A DNA stretch of 45,522 bases from Alphaproteobacteria bacterium (GCA_017621635.1 JAGASU010000027.1:1-45522), one strand, 5' to 3'. Positions 27,717 through 37,831 are shown, numbered from the stretch's first letter. The notes: generated by a model not told the origin, from the sequence alone. Numbers and translations: made by a program.

Positions 27717-29847
27717 TTTTGTTCTTTTCAACCTTTCCTGTCAGCAAGTTAAACAGCCCTTTTGTCGTGTCCTTAACCACACCGACACTGTCATCTAAAA
27801 TTTTGCCGACATCTTCCGAAGTTGTCTTAGCCACATTTTCAGGTTTCGGAAATCTGCTTTCATACCCTGTTCCCGCCAAAGCCGTATAACAAGGAGAGCC
27901 GTCATTTTCCAAAAGCATTTGCGCCCCCAGATAAACCGGCCCGCTTGTCGTCACACCGACAATCGTTTTAATAGCGTTAGCGCTGTCAACCCCGATACTT
28001 GGCGATTGGATTGTCCCCGTCAGCTTAACCAAAGAAGACAAAGCCTTGGCAATATTTGTATCAGTCAATTTTCCGGCAAACGGTTTAACACTGAAACTGA
28101 TTTTATCATTTTTCAAATTAACATCGCCGTTCGCCACAATCGTAAATTTATCCGCATTCAAAACAACACCGCTCGGGAATTTTGCCAACCCGTTCGCCAC
28201 ATCCGCGCGAACAACAGCGCATTTTAAATTCAAATCATCATTGCCTTTGGTAATATTAAGCGTGTTAAACAACTGAGAAACAATATTGCCTTTCATCATC
28301 CCGATATTTCCCAAATGCAACTCTGATTTATCGACGATTCCGACAATCTGTCCGTTAAGCCCCTCAACAACCTCGGCATAAGTATTTCCCGTACCATTTA
28401 AGTTAACATATAAATCCGTAACACTGCCGCTGATAAAATTAAACGAAGACGTATCCGCATTAAGCGTTTTCATCAGCTCCGCCAAATTCAAACCGTTCAC
28501 GGCAGCATTAACCCCCAAGCTCCGGTTATTGCCGTTTAAGGTCGCATCTGCTTTGATTGTTCCTTGTGCAATTTGCCCTTTGAGCACCTTAACAACCGCT
28601 GTTTTATTATTAACTGTTGCATTAAGCACCAAATTTTTAACCAAAACCGCCTGTCCGCTTGTAACCTGAGCCACGTTCACATCAACATTCGCATTAACCA
28701 TACCGAGCGCTTCAAAGTCAATTTTCTCTTGCGGAACCAAACTTGTTGCCTGCGCAGATTTAATTAAAGAAAGCCCAAACGCCGTTTGCGCCTTTTCCTC
28801 AAAACTCTTAATATCAATTTTATCCGAATTAAGTGCTGCTTGAATATTCGGCACATTTCCCGCCAAATCAGCCTGAGCTTTACCCGTTATTTTATTACCG
28901 CTCAAAACAAAACTGTTTATAACGGCTTCAACTTTTTTCAAATCACCTTTAACCGACACATCAGCCGATTCGCCATAGCCGCTGTTTTTGCCCATAAAGC
29001 CTTTAGCCGTAACATTACCGTCAAAACGGATATCGCTCAAAACATCAAAAAGCTTCATATCAACACCGACATTAATTCCCATAACGTTAACATCTGCCTT
29101 CACCGGATATCCTTCAGAAGATTGCAACCGGCTCAAAGCACCCAGCATTCCCTGCCCGCTATACAAACCTTTGTTAACATTAAAGCTGAAATCAACATTC
29201 TTATCCCTGTTCTCATCAAGCTTCAAACTCTCAATATCATATGTCTGGCTTTTGCCTGATTTATCTTGATAGTTGATGATAACATTATCAAACGCAAGCT
29301 GTTTAACCACGATTGAACTCAGCATATCGGCAACTTCTTTATTCCCGCCGGCAGCCTTTTCAACATCAATTTCCACCGCCTCGGCAGATTTAATCAGCTC
29401 AAACTTAAAAGAAGTTTCAACTTCCTTGTTTTCCTCTTCCGTCTTGCCGGGAACATCAAACTCCCAGTTAGCCATACCGTCCGCCCGTTCTTCTAAATTA
29501 ACTTCGGCATTGTTAATCTTAAACGTATCAATCACAATATTCTTCTTCAGCAAGGGCAAAACGGCTACACCCAAATCCACCGACTGGGCTTTTGCCATAA
29601 CCGGATTATTAGCCCATGTTGCATTGGCAAAAGAAACATCCTTAATCTCAATCACCGGATTAAAAGACGGCTTCACGGCAACATCTCCCAAAGCAAGCTT
29701 TCTTCCGGTTGCATTATAAACCGTTGTTTCAATCATTCCCTTATAACGGTTAAAATCAACTTGTGTCAGCGCGATATACCCGCCGATTATAATCACTAAA
29801 CAAAGGCAAACCGCCGTAATAAAAATAATCTTCAAAGCTTTTTTCAT
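27697..29847 (-). CDS. AsmA family protein
   Basis: N-terminal TM helix, DFNRYK..IE..V..ATGRKL, long beta-rich body and AsmA-like C-terminus. Confidence 0.85.
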   Translation of the reverse strand: MKKALKIIFITAVCLCLVIIIGGYIALTQVDFNRYKGMIETTVYNATGRKLALGDVAVKPSFNPVIEIKDVSFANATWANNPVMAKAQSVDLGVAVLPLLKKNIVIDTFKINNAEVNLEERADGMANWEFDVPGKTEEENKEVETSFKFELIKSAEAVEIDVEKAAGGNKEVADMLSSIVVKQLAFDNVIINYQDKSGKSQTYDIESLKLDENRDKNVDFSFNVNKGLYSGQGMLGALSRLQSSEGYPVKADVNVMGINVGVDMKLFDVLSDIRFDGNVTAKGFMGKNSGYGESADVSVKGDLKKVEAVINSFVLSGNKITGKAQADLAGNVPNIQAALNSDKIDIKSFEEKAQTAFGLSLIKSAQATSLVPQEKIDFEALGMVNANVDVNVAQVTSGQAVLVKNLVLNATVNNKTAVVKVLKGQIAQGTIKADATLNGNNRSLGVNAAVNGLNLAELMKTLNADTSSFNFISGSVTDLYVNLNGTGNTYAEVVEGLNGQIVGIVDKSELHLGNIGMMKGNIVSQLFNTLNITKGNDDLNLKCAVVRADVANGLAKFPSGVVLNADKFTIVANGDVNLKNDKISFSVKPFAGKLTDTNIAKALSSLVKLTGTIQSPSIGVDSANAIKTIVGVTTSGPVYLGAQMLLENDGSPCYTALAGTGYESRFPKPENVAKTTSEDVGKILDDSVGVVKDTTKGLFNLLTGKVEKNKNVQQPN

Positions 29848-29853
29848 ATCAAG

Positions 29854-30783
29854 CTACTCCTTAAAATTTAACCCTAACGTCTTCAAACTTTCTTTAAAAT
29901 AATCCGGCAGTTTTGCCTTGATTATAACTTTTTTGCCATAAACCGAAGATAAATCAATTTTATAAGCATGCAAGTATAATTTGTTGGCAAACAAGCTGTT
30001 TTTTTCTCTCTCCTCGCCAAAATACTTGCCGTCTCCCGCAATCGGCGTTCCGAGATATTCCAAATGCGCGCGGATTTGGTGTGTCCGTCCGGTCAGGGGA
30101 CTTGCCGCAATAAGAGCATACCTGTCCCCGACATTGTCCAACACCTCATACGTCGTCACAGCGGGTTTTCCTCCTTCCAACACCTGAACGCGCCCATCCT
30201 CTTTTTCAAGCGGTGCCTTAATTTCACCGCTGTTCTTTTGCGGAACACCGCGCACAAGAGCCAGATATGTCTTTTGTAACGTATGTTCTCTAAAAGCCTT
30301 TGTCAAGGTATCCGCCATTTTGCGATGACGCGCCAAAACCAAAACCCCGCTTGTATCTTTATCGATTCTGTGAACGAGCTTGGGCTTTTCTTCCTGACCA
30401 AATTTTAACGCCTCTAACATACCGTCAATATGACGTAGCGTGTTTGTCCCGCCCTGCACTGCCAAACCGGACGGTTTATTTAAAACAATGATATTGTCAT
30501 CTTTATAGATAACCATATCCTCAATATAACGGGCGTCCTTTTCCGAAACCGTATCATGGATAATTTCTTTTTTCTCATTTTCAAGCGGCGGCACCCTGAC
30601 TTCCTGCCCGCTCAAAAGCCTTGTGTTCGCTTCCGCCCTTTGCCCGTTCACTTTAATCTGTTTGGTGCGCAAAAGCTTTTGCAGTCTTCCCAAACTCAAC
30701 CCCGGATAATACTTCAAAAACCATCTGTTCAAGCGGATTCCGTCATCTTCCGGTTTAATTTTAACTAATTCCACACCACTCAT
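29854..30783 (-). CDS. rluC: RluA-family 23S rRNA pseudouridine synthase with S4 domain
   Basis: RLNRW S4 domain, NKPSGL, VHRIDKDTSG, TGRTHQIR and LHA motifs. Confidence 0.88.
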   Translation of the reverse strand: MSGVELVKIKPEDDGIRLNRWFLKYYPGLSLGRLQKLLRTKQIKVNGQRAEANTRLLSGQEVRVPPLENEKKEIIHDTVSEKDARYIEDMVIYKDDNIIVLNKPSGLAVQGGTNTLRHIDGMLEALKFGQEEKPKLVHRIDKDTSGVLVLARHRKMADTLTKAFREHTLQKTYLALVRGVPQKNSGEIKAPLEKEDGRVQVLEGGKPAVTTYEVLDNVGDRYALIAASPLTGRTHQIRAHLEYLGTPIAGDGKYFGEEREKNSLFANKLYLHAYKIDLSSVYGKKVIIKAKLPDYFKESLKTLGLNFKE

Positions 30784-32108
30784 TTGTCTTCTTCCTTTTG
30801 TTGCTTTCGTGCTCGTTGTTTCTCGATTCTGAGTTTATCAAAATAATCGATTCGCTTCTTTATTTCTCTTTCAAATCCACGGTCAACCGGATTATAAAAC
30901 CGTCGCCGTCCCATCTCCTCGGGAAAATAATTTTGCCCCGAAAAACCGTCTTCCAAATCTTGGTCATAAATATAGCCGTTACTATACCCCAAATTCTTCA
31001 TCAACTTGGTTGGCGCATTCAAAATATGCTTCGGCGGCATAAGCGAGCCGGTCTGTCTTGCCGCTGTCATTGCCTTATCCATTGCTTTATAAACCGCCGC
31101 TGATTTTGGCGCCGTAGCCAAATAAGCCGTCAACTGCATAACTGCCAATTCTCCCTCCGGATGTCCGAGCCGCTCATATGTTTCCGCACACGCCATCGCC
31201 TGTACCACCGCATTAGGGTCTGCAAGCGACACATCTTCAATAGAAAACTGAATAAGCCGTCTTAAAATATACCGCGGATCTTCACCCGAAGTCAGCATTC
31301 TGGCCACCCAATAAAGCGCCGCGTCCACATCAGACCCGCGCAAAGACTTATGCACCGCCGAAATCAAATTATAATGTCCGTCCCGCCCTTTATCATACAC
31401 CGGCGCCCGCGAACGGATAATTTTCATTAATTTCTCTTTATCAAAAATCTCATCTGGCTTGGCATACGCCCAAACGCTCTCCGCCAAATTAAGAATATAG
31501 CGCCCGTCGCCGTCAGACACGTTTTTCATAAATTCCCTTGCTTCTTCATCAAGCGGCAGTTTTTGCCCTTCTTCTTTTTCTGCACGCTGCAGCAACTCCT
31601 CAAAATTTTCCGCCGTCAGCCGGTTTAACACAAACACCTGACATCTGGATAACAACGCCGCATTCAGCTCAAAAGACGGATTCTCTGTCGTCGCTCCCAC
31701 CAAAATAACCGTTCCGTCTTCAACATACGGCAAAAAGCCGTCTTGCTGGGACTTGTTAAACCGGTGTATTTCATCAACAAACAATAATGTTCCCTTGCCC
31801 TGCGTGGCTCGCCGGTCTTTTGCATACTGGAAAACCCGCTTTAAATCCGCCACACCCGAAAAGACAGCCGAAATCTGCTCAAAATAAAGATTCGTATGTT
31901 CGGCAATCAATCTGGCAATGGTCGTTTTTCCACACCCCGGAGGTCCCCATAAAATAAAAGAAGACACACGTCCGGTAACAAGCATTCTCCCCAAAGGAGA
32001 ATCTTCACCCAAAACCTGCTCCTGCCCGACCACATCTTCAAGCTTCTTCGGACGAAGCCTGTCTGCCAAAGGCCTTTTAATTTTATGCGAAAATAATGTA
32101 TCTTCCAT
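30780..32108 (-). CDS. rarA: Replication-associated recombination protein A (RarA/MgsA)
   Basis: PLADRLRP, GPPGCGKTT, DEIHRFNK, ATTENPSF and HKSLRGSD motifs. Confidence 0.97.
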   Translation of the reverse strand: MEDTLFSHKIKRPLADRLRPKKLEDVVGQEQVLGEDSPLGRMLVTGRVSSFILWGPPGCGKTTIARLIAEHTNLYFEQISAVFSGVADLKRVFQYAKDRRATQGKGTLLFVDEIHRFNKSQQDGFLPYVEDGTVILVGATTENPSFELNAALLSRCQVFVLNRLTAENFEELLQRAEKEEGQKLPLDEEAREFMKNVSDGDGRYILNLAESVWAYAKPDEIFDKEKLMKIIRSRAPVYDKGRDGHYNLISAVHKSLRGSDVDAALYWVARMLTSGEDPRYILRRLIQFSIEDVSLADPNAVVQAMACAETYERLGHPEGELAVMQLTAYLATAPKSAAVYKAMDKAMTAARQTGSLMPPKHILNAPTKLMKNLGYSNGYIYDQDLEDGFSGQNYFPEEMGRRRFYNPVDRGFEREIKKRIDYFDKLRIEKQRARKQQKEEDK

Positions 32109-32200
32109 CTTAACTCAAAAAATTATTTATCTAAACATACACCTCATAACACAAAATTTCAAAAGCTACAACTGGATTTTTTCAAAATAAGATAAAACGC

Positions 32201-32229
32201 TTTACTTTTTCAAAAAAATTAAATACGCT
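32201..32229 (+). promoter_or_regulatory. Sigma70-like promoter for the pilin leader
   Basis: TTTACT-17 nt-TACGCT. Confidence 0.5.
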
Positions 32230-32260
32230 TTATCTCGGATAAGACGATAGTCTGTCTGGG

Positions 32261-32422
32261 GTGTGGAAACCTCTTTATCGGCGTCTGTGTAAAGACGAGA
32301 CTTTTGCACGCTTTCTGGTCAGCGACTGGAAGGCGGCAAAATATGCTTATATTCAGTTAATATGTCGCACTATTCCGATAAATAGTTTCCAACTTCCAGT
32401 CGCCTTATCGGCGACTTTTTTT
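32261..32422 (+). ncRNA. C4/CI-like antisense RNA with upstream target boxes and overlapping terminator
   Basis: 11-bp stem 32322-32332/32393-32403 encloses two hairpins. Loop CCGATAAA is complementary to TTTATCGG (32274-32281) and GTTTCCA to TGGAAAC (32264-32270). Terminator GTCGCC-ttatc-GGCGAC-T7. Confidence 0.62.
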
Positions 32423-32450
32423 ATTGTACTGATAACAGGGAGTTTTTAAA

Positions 32451-33086
32451 ATGGAAAGAGAGGAATTTGGCCGTTCAATGATAGAAATGCTTGGAGTCCT
32501 TGCTATTGTCGGGATTTTATCTGTTGGTGCTATCTCAGGTTTTCAAAAAGCAATGTTTAAATATAAGCTGCAAAAGACAACCGAAGAATATAATATGTTC
32601 TTTCAAGATACTTTGAAATATCAAAAAGAACTCGTCAACTTGCGTAGAGGACAAAAACCAGGAGAAGGTAACCATTATCAGATAGGGCAACTATTAAATG
32701 ATATGGGGCTTGTACCTGCAACTTGGCAACAAACAGGTCAACTCATCTACGATAGATTAAACAACATAGTCAATCCAAAGATTCACCTTACTAATAATAA
32801 ATTAGATTTTGCCATATACGTAACAACTAATGACACCTCAATTTTTATGTGTGAGGCCATTTATCGAGATGTTTTTATGCAATTTAGTGACAATTTACTT
32901 TTTGTGCAAACTTATCGCAAAGATAGCGAAGGGAGCGCAAGCGGAACAAACACATATTACGGAAACCTCTATTGTAACGGCACAACAAAAAAATGCATTA
33001 AAGATATAACATTTACTGATGTCAAATCTGCTTGCAGCGTTTGTGAAGATAATGATGAAGTTTGTATTATTAAAATAGACTTCTAA
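32451..33086 (+). CDS. Type IV pilin/pseudopilin-like protein
   Basis: Short leader, G/RSMIEMLGVLAIVGILSVGAI (Glu+5 and hydrophobic helix) and Cys-rich C-terminus. Confidence 0.8.
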   Translation: MEREEFGRSMIEMLGVLAIVGILSVGAISGFQKAMFKYKLQKTTEEYNMFFQDTLKYQKELVNLRRGQKPGEGNHYQIGQLLNDMGLVPATWQQTGQLIYDRLNNIVNPKIHLTNNKLDFAIYVTTNDTSIFMCEAIYRDVFMQFSDNLLFVQTYRKDSEGSASGTNTYYGNLYCNGTTKKCIKDITFTDVKSACSVCEDNDEVCIIKIDF

Positions 33087-33191
33087 CTAACCACATCCCA
33101 CAAAAACTCCGACAAAAAACACATACCTCTTGACTCTGAACAATAAAGTTATACTATCACCTAAAAGAAATAACCACATAGGATAAATAAT

Positions 33192-34004
33192 ATGAGTTTT
33201 AAAGATTTAGGGTTAAGCGAGCAAACAATTCAGGCCATTAACGATTTAGGTTACCAAGAACCCACCACCGTCCAAAAAGACGTTATCCCGTCTATCCTTG
33301 AGGGCAAAGATGTTTTCACGATTGCCCCCGGCGCCTGTGGCAAAACTTGTTCATACATTTTCCCGCTGGTTGACATTATTTCAAGAAAAAACGGACAGAA
33401 TATTTTAATCATCACCCCCGGCGCAAAAGAATCCGTCAATATTTCAGACAAATTTTCCGTATTTAATAAATATCACGCGGCAAGCGAGCCGACTGATGAA
33501 AACAACACGGAAGAAAACACCGACAATGAAGCCAATGTCATCATCGCTACGCCAAAGCTTTTACTTGAAAACATTACGGAAAACAATCTTGACGTTTCAA
33601 ACGTAAGCATTCTTGTTGTAGATGACATCAATCTAATCAAAAAGAACCGCCAACTGGCCAATCTTGAGAAAATTCTTGATATGCTTCCGGCTGAAAAGCA
33701 AAATATCGTTTTCACCAACCGCCGCTCTAAAGAAACACAAAACACTTTAGACAAGATTTTAAAAACCCCGGCGGAAATCAAAATAGATAAAAATAAAGAA
33801 AGCGAAGTCGAAGGCCTTGCTCAAAACGAGCCGGTTTTACCCGCTAAGCCTGCAGAAAGTGCTAAAAAGTCTGAACGCCGCGGAGCAAAGATGCACCAAG
33901 AAAACACGCAAGACAAAAAAGCCTTGGAACTCGCCCGCCGCTATAAAATCTTCGGTAAAAAAACGCCCGCTTTCTTACTTGAAGACGCCAAAGCAGTTTC
34001 TTAA
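33192..34004 (+). CDS. Degenerate DEAD-box helicase-like protein (N-terminal domain only)
   Basis: Q-motif SFKDLGL...GYQEPTTVQ, motif I APGACGKT, IIATP, and VVDDIN in place of DEAD; no HELICc domain. Confidence 0.75.
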   Translation: MSFKDLGLSEQTIQAINDLGYQEPTTVQKDVIPSILEGKDVFTIAPGACGKTCSYIFPLVDIISRKNGQNILIITPGAKESVNISDKFSVFNKYHAASEPTDENNTEENTDNEANVIIATPKLLLENITENNLDVSNVSILVVDDINLIKKNRQLANLEKILDMLPAEKQNIVFTNRRSKETQNTLDKILKTPAEIKIDKNKESEVEGLAQNEPVLPAKPAESAKKSERRGAKMHQENTQDKKALELARRYKIFGKKTPAFLLEDAKAVS

Positions 34005-34086
34005 AAGAAAATTAAAAAAAAACTTGCGCTATTTTTTTCAAGGTTTTATACAAAAAGAAAAACATTAACTTAATATGGAGATCTAA

Positions 34087-34842
34087 ATGTCAGGACACTC
34101 CCAATTTAAAAACATCATGTACCGCAAAGGCGCACAAGATGCAAAAAAAGCAAGAGTATTTGCAAAATTAGCCCGTGAAATCACAGTTGCCGCCAAAAGC
34201 GGTCTTCCCGAGCCGGATAAAAACCCCCGCTTAAGGCTGGCCATTCAGGCAGCCCGCGCAGAAAGTATGCCTAAAGATAATATCGAGCGTGCTATTGCCA
34301 AGGTAACTCAGGTAGCCGGCGGAGCAGATTTTACAACCATGCGTTATGAAGGCTTTTCCCCCAACAAAGTCGCTATCATCGTTGAAGCCTTAACTGATAA
34401 TAAAAACCGTACCGCCAGTAACGTTCGCTCTATTTTCGGCAAACGTGGCGGCGCTATGGGTGAAACAGGTTCTGTTTCTTTCAATTTCGAACGTATCGGC
34501 TATATTGAGTATCCTCTCGCCGTGGCTGACGCTGATAAGATGTTTGAAGAAGCGCTTGAAGCCGGTGCCAATGAAGTGATTTCCGAAGATGAAATTCACG
34601 CCATTGAAACCCTGCCTGATGATTTATCTGTCGTAACCGACGCTTTGGAAAAGAAATTCGGCACACCGTCCGCTTCAAGGCTTGACTGGAAACCAACCGT
34701 TAAAACCGAAATCACTGATTTGGAAACGGCTAAAAAATTCTTGGAATTTATCGACGCTCTTGAAGAAGATGAAGACGTACAACACGTTTACCACAATGCC
34801 GAAATTGCCGACAGCATTATGGCTGAGCTTGAGGCTGAATAA
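34087..34842 (+). CDS. yebC: YebC/PmpR family protein
   Basis: MSGHSQFKNIMYRKGAQD, NPRLR, YEG and TDNKNRT motifs. Confidence 0.96.
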   Translation: MSGHSQFKNIMYRKGAQDAKKARVFAKLAREITVAAKSGLPEPDKNPRLRLAIQAARAESMPKDNIERAIAKVTQVAGGADFTTMRYEGFSPNKVAIIVEALTDNKNRTASNVRSIFGKRGGAMGETGSVSFNFERIGYIEYPLAVADADKMFEEALEAGANEVISEDEIHAIETLPDDLSVVTDALEKKFGTPSASRLDWKPTVKTEITDLETAKKFLEFIDALEEDEDVQHVYHNAEIADSIMAELEAE

Positions 34843-35330
34843 TGCGGATTCTTGGTTTGGATCCAAGCATTTCCTCAACCGGTTGGGGCATAATAGATAC
34901 AAACGGAAACCGTCTGTCCTATGTGGCAGACGGTTTTATTGCAACCCCGCCCAAAGCCCCGCTTTCCAAACGTTTAAATATGATATACACCGAGCTTAAA
35001 CGCATCATAGAACTTTACCGCCCCGATGAAGCGTCAATTGAAATAACTTTTCTGAATAGTAATCCCGAAACGTCATTAAAACTAAGTATGGCGCGCGGAG
35101 TCGTCTTCCTGATGCCCTCGCTTTATAACATTCCTTTGTTTGAATATGAAGCAACCAAAATCAAAAAAGCCTTAACCGGTATCGGCAAGGCTGATAAAAA
35201 CCAAGTTGAAACAATGGTAAAAATTTTGCTCCCCGGTTGCCGTCCCAAAAACAACGACTCGTCAGACGCCTTAGCCATTGCAATAACACATTGCAACTTT
35301 CGCTCGTCTTATAAAGATCATATTGTCTAG
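34842..35330 (+). CDS. ruvC: Holliday junction resolvase RuvC
   Basis: ILGLDPS..STGWG, SIE, IKKALTG.GKADK.QV and DSSDALAIA motifs. Confidence 0.95.
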   Translation: MRILGLDPSISSTGWGIIDTNGNRLSYVADGFIATPPKAPLSKRLNMIYTELKRIIELYRPDEASIEITFLNSNPETSLKLSMARGVVFLMPSLYNIPLFEYEATKIKKALTGIGKADKNQVETMVKILLPGCRPKNNDSSDALAIAITHCNFRSSYKDHIV

Positions 35331-35995
35331 GCTAAAACTTCCTGCAAATAATCTTTATTTGCTTCCAAAAAAGACTTTGCGATATCGCCGCCTTCTGCCG
35401 TTCCTTCATACCAAAAGAAATTCTTGCCATGGTTTTTTAATTCCATAACCGCTGGCTTCGTCATTTCTTCATATTCAGCCAGACGCTCCGGCAAAACCTC
35501 ATCATCTTTACGTTTAATCAACTTGCCGCCGCACGAACAAACGCCATCACCGACATCATGTGCCATACCGCACTTTTCACAAATGCGCCGATTCTTGACG
35601 CGTTCCAAAATAAGTTCTTTAGGCGTATCCCTGAAAATAACCGCACTTTTAAACATCTTTAACAGCTCACCAAAAGCCTCAACCTGTCCGACAGTCCGCG
35701 GATAGCCGTCTAAAATAAGCACTTTGGCTTTAACATTTTTAAGTTCTTCTTTCAACATCTCATTGATAATTCTATCCGGAGCCAAACCGCCCTCTTTCAT
35801 ATTTGCAGCCAGCTCTTGTCCGAGCCGCGTATTATTCTTTTTTTCCCTGCGAATCATTTCACCGATAGAAATATCGGCAATATCATCATCTCTAAACCCA
35901 TAGATTTCTTTAAGTTCTTTAACCAAAGAAGAGGCAATATAGCCTTTTCCCGAAGCAGGTGCGCCAATCAGCGAAATAACAAATTTTTTATTCAT
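35327..35995 (-). CDS. adk: Adenylate kinase-like nucleoside monophosphate kinase (Zn-lid type)
   Basis: GAPASGKG, ISIGEMIR, ILDGYPRT and CxxC...CxCGG..RKDD lid; ATG 35995 follows AGAGGA. Confidence 0.8.
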   Translation of the reverse strand: MNKKFVISLIGAPASGKGYIASSLVKELKEIYGFRDDDIADISIGEMIRREKKNNTRLGQELAANMKEGGLAPDRIINEMLKEELKNVKAKVLILDGYPRTVGQVEAFGELLKMFKSAVIFRDTPKELILERVKNRRICEKCGMAHDVGDGVCSCGGKLIKRKDDEVLPERLAEYEEMTKPAVMELKNHGKNFFWYEGTAEGGDIAKSFLEANKDYLQEVLA

Positions 35996-36073
35996 ATTTT
36001 CTATTCCTCTTTCCGCAAAAAAGCTCCAAACATCCGTTGAAGCTCTTCCACCATAAAACAAAAATGTTAATTT

Positions 36074-37240
36074 TTATTTTACATAATCATCTATATCGTC
36101 AACATAAACCTCTTCAAATTCCGCCCCGAAATTCCCCTCACCGCTGACATCATAAACATAAGGTTCATTTTTAGATTCCGCATCATCTGAAGGACGAGCT
36201 AAATGAACCCGTTCATGACTGTCATTAGCTGAAAAATTTTGTTTTTTAGATTCAGGCTTTTTAGCCCCACCTTCCTCAATCACCTCAACCGGAGCCAGAC
36301 TTTCTGAACTTTCGTCATCGCCCAAATCAAGCTTTTGTCGTCTAGGTGTTTCATCTGCATTCAAGCGTTCCTCTTTAACCTGAGGTTTAACAGGAGTTTT
36401 CTCCGGCTCTCCCAAATCTTCTTCATCTTCAACGGCTGATAATTCCGGACTGAGCGGGTGAGCATCTTTCGGCAAACGAATCATTCCATAGCCATATCCG
36501 CCGCCGTTAGCAGGTCCGGATAAACCGATTGAATAATACCCGCCGATATACCCGTAATCCAAATCAATATAATCAACCGTAAACATCACGCGGACTGTCG
36601 TCGTTCCGACGCTGGTCATATCACATTTAAAACCGTTGCCGTTTAAAACAATCTCATTGTTTCCTTTTACATACAACATCGCTTTATCAGGTTTGCAAAC
36701 ACTGGGAGTCTGCCCGTTATAACTTAAATTATATCCAAGTACTAAATTTAGAGCCGTGTTCCCTTTAACGCTGGACGCATCAATAATTTTTACCCCGTCA
36801 AAAAAGACATACGCCGGCGTAACGCCGATTCTCGCCGGAACCGTCAAATACGGATTAACGCACACATGCGCCTGAGCATTTGCTTCACATAAAAGCGCTG
36901 TCGCATCCAGATTATTATCCGTCAAATGCGCCAAAGAATTATAAATATACTCTCTGGACATAGAAAGCTCGGCCGGAGCGCACTGCTTATCCCGACAAAC
37001 AATAACCGAATTTAAAGGCGGAATCCTTTTATTAAAAACTTTGGCAGCAACATCAGGCTGCATAACAAACGCTTGCGATTCTTCAGACGACATATACTGA
37101 TCAGAATATAAGCTGCTGTTCTCTGCGCCATAAGGCGAAACAACCGTCAGACGATCCGCGTCAGACTCCCCGTTTGTACACGAAGCGACACAAACAACGC
37201 CGGCAGCTAAACATAATTGAAAAAATATTTTATTGCGCAC
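36074..37240 (-). CDS. Hypothetical lipoprotein with Cys-containing core and acidic tail
   Basis: VASC lipobox, paired cysteines and low-complexity acidic C-terminus. Confidence 0.72.
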   Translation of the reverse strand: MRNKIFFQLCLAAGVVCVASCTNGESDADRLTVVSPYGAENSSLYSDQYMSSEESQAFVMQPDVAAKVFNKRIPPLNSVIVCRDKQCAPAELSMSREYIYNSLAHLTDNNLDATALLCEANAQAHVCVNPYLTVPARIGVTPAYVFFDGVKIIDASSVKGNTALNLVLGYNLSYNGQTPSVCKPDKAMLYVKGNNEIVLNGNGFKCDMTSVGTTTVRVMFTVDYIDLDYGYIGGYYSIGLSGPANGGGYGYGMIRLPKDAHPLSPELSAVEDEEDLGEPEKTPVKPQVKEERLNADETPRRQKLDLGDDESSESLAPVEVIEEGGAKKPESKKQNFSANDSHERVHLARPSDDAESKNEPYVYDVSGEGNFGAEFEEVYVDDIDDYVK

Positions 37241-37303
37241 GCTAACTAACCTTTAATCAAAATTAAGTATATACTACAAAAACACTATAAGGAAAGTCCG
37301 CTA

Positions 37304-37831
37304 ATGGAAAGAAAATTGTCAAAAATATACACACAATATAAAAGCTTACCTCTTTTACTGTTAATCATCGCCTGCTTTTTTCTCAAAATCTGCAAAGCCG
37401 AGGAAATAATATCATCTCCAACCAATCCGCTGAAAGTGGTAGACGGTGACAGTCTGGAAATCGGTTCATCACGCATTCGCTTAACCGGCATTGACGCACC
37501 TGAATATTTCCAACAGTGCAAACGCAAAAACAAAAAGCTCCCCTGCGGCAAACAGGCCACCGAACACTTAAAAAAACTGACAAATAATAAGACCGTTCGG
37601 TGTGTCATTCATCAAAAAGACCGTTACGACCGTTTTCTTTGCACCTGCTACGTTGATGAGCTTGACTTAAACGCCGAGATGATTCGCTCGGGCTTTGCCG
37701 TAACTTATCTTGACAGCCCCTACAACACCGAACAAACCGAAGCCAAAACAAAAAAGCGGGGAATTTGGCAGACAAAATTTATGCAGCCCCGCCTCTATCG
37801 CCGCTTAAAGGAGCTGCAAAAAAGCAAATAA
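37304..37831 (+). CDS. Thermonuclease (SNase) family protein
   Basis: VVDGDSL, IRLTGIDAPE, DRYDR and A...KRGIW motifs. Confidence 0.92.
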   Translation: MERKLSKIYTQYKSLPLLLLIIACFFLKICKAEEIISSPTNPLKVVDGDSLEIGSSRIRLTGIDAPEYFQQCKRKNKKLPCGKQATEHLKKLTNNKTVRCVIHQKDRYDRFLCTCYVDELDLNAEMIRSGFAVTYLDSPYNTEQTEAKTKKRGIWQTKFMQPRLYRRLKELQKSK

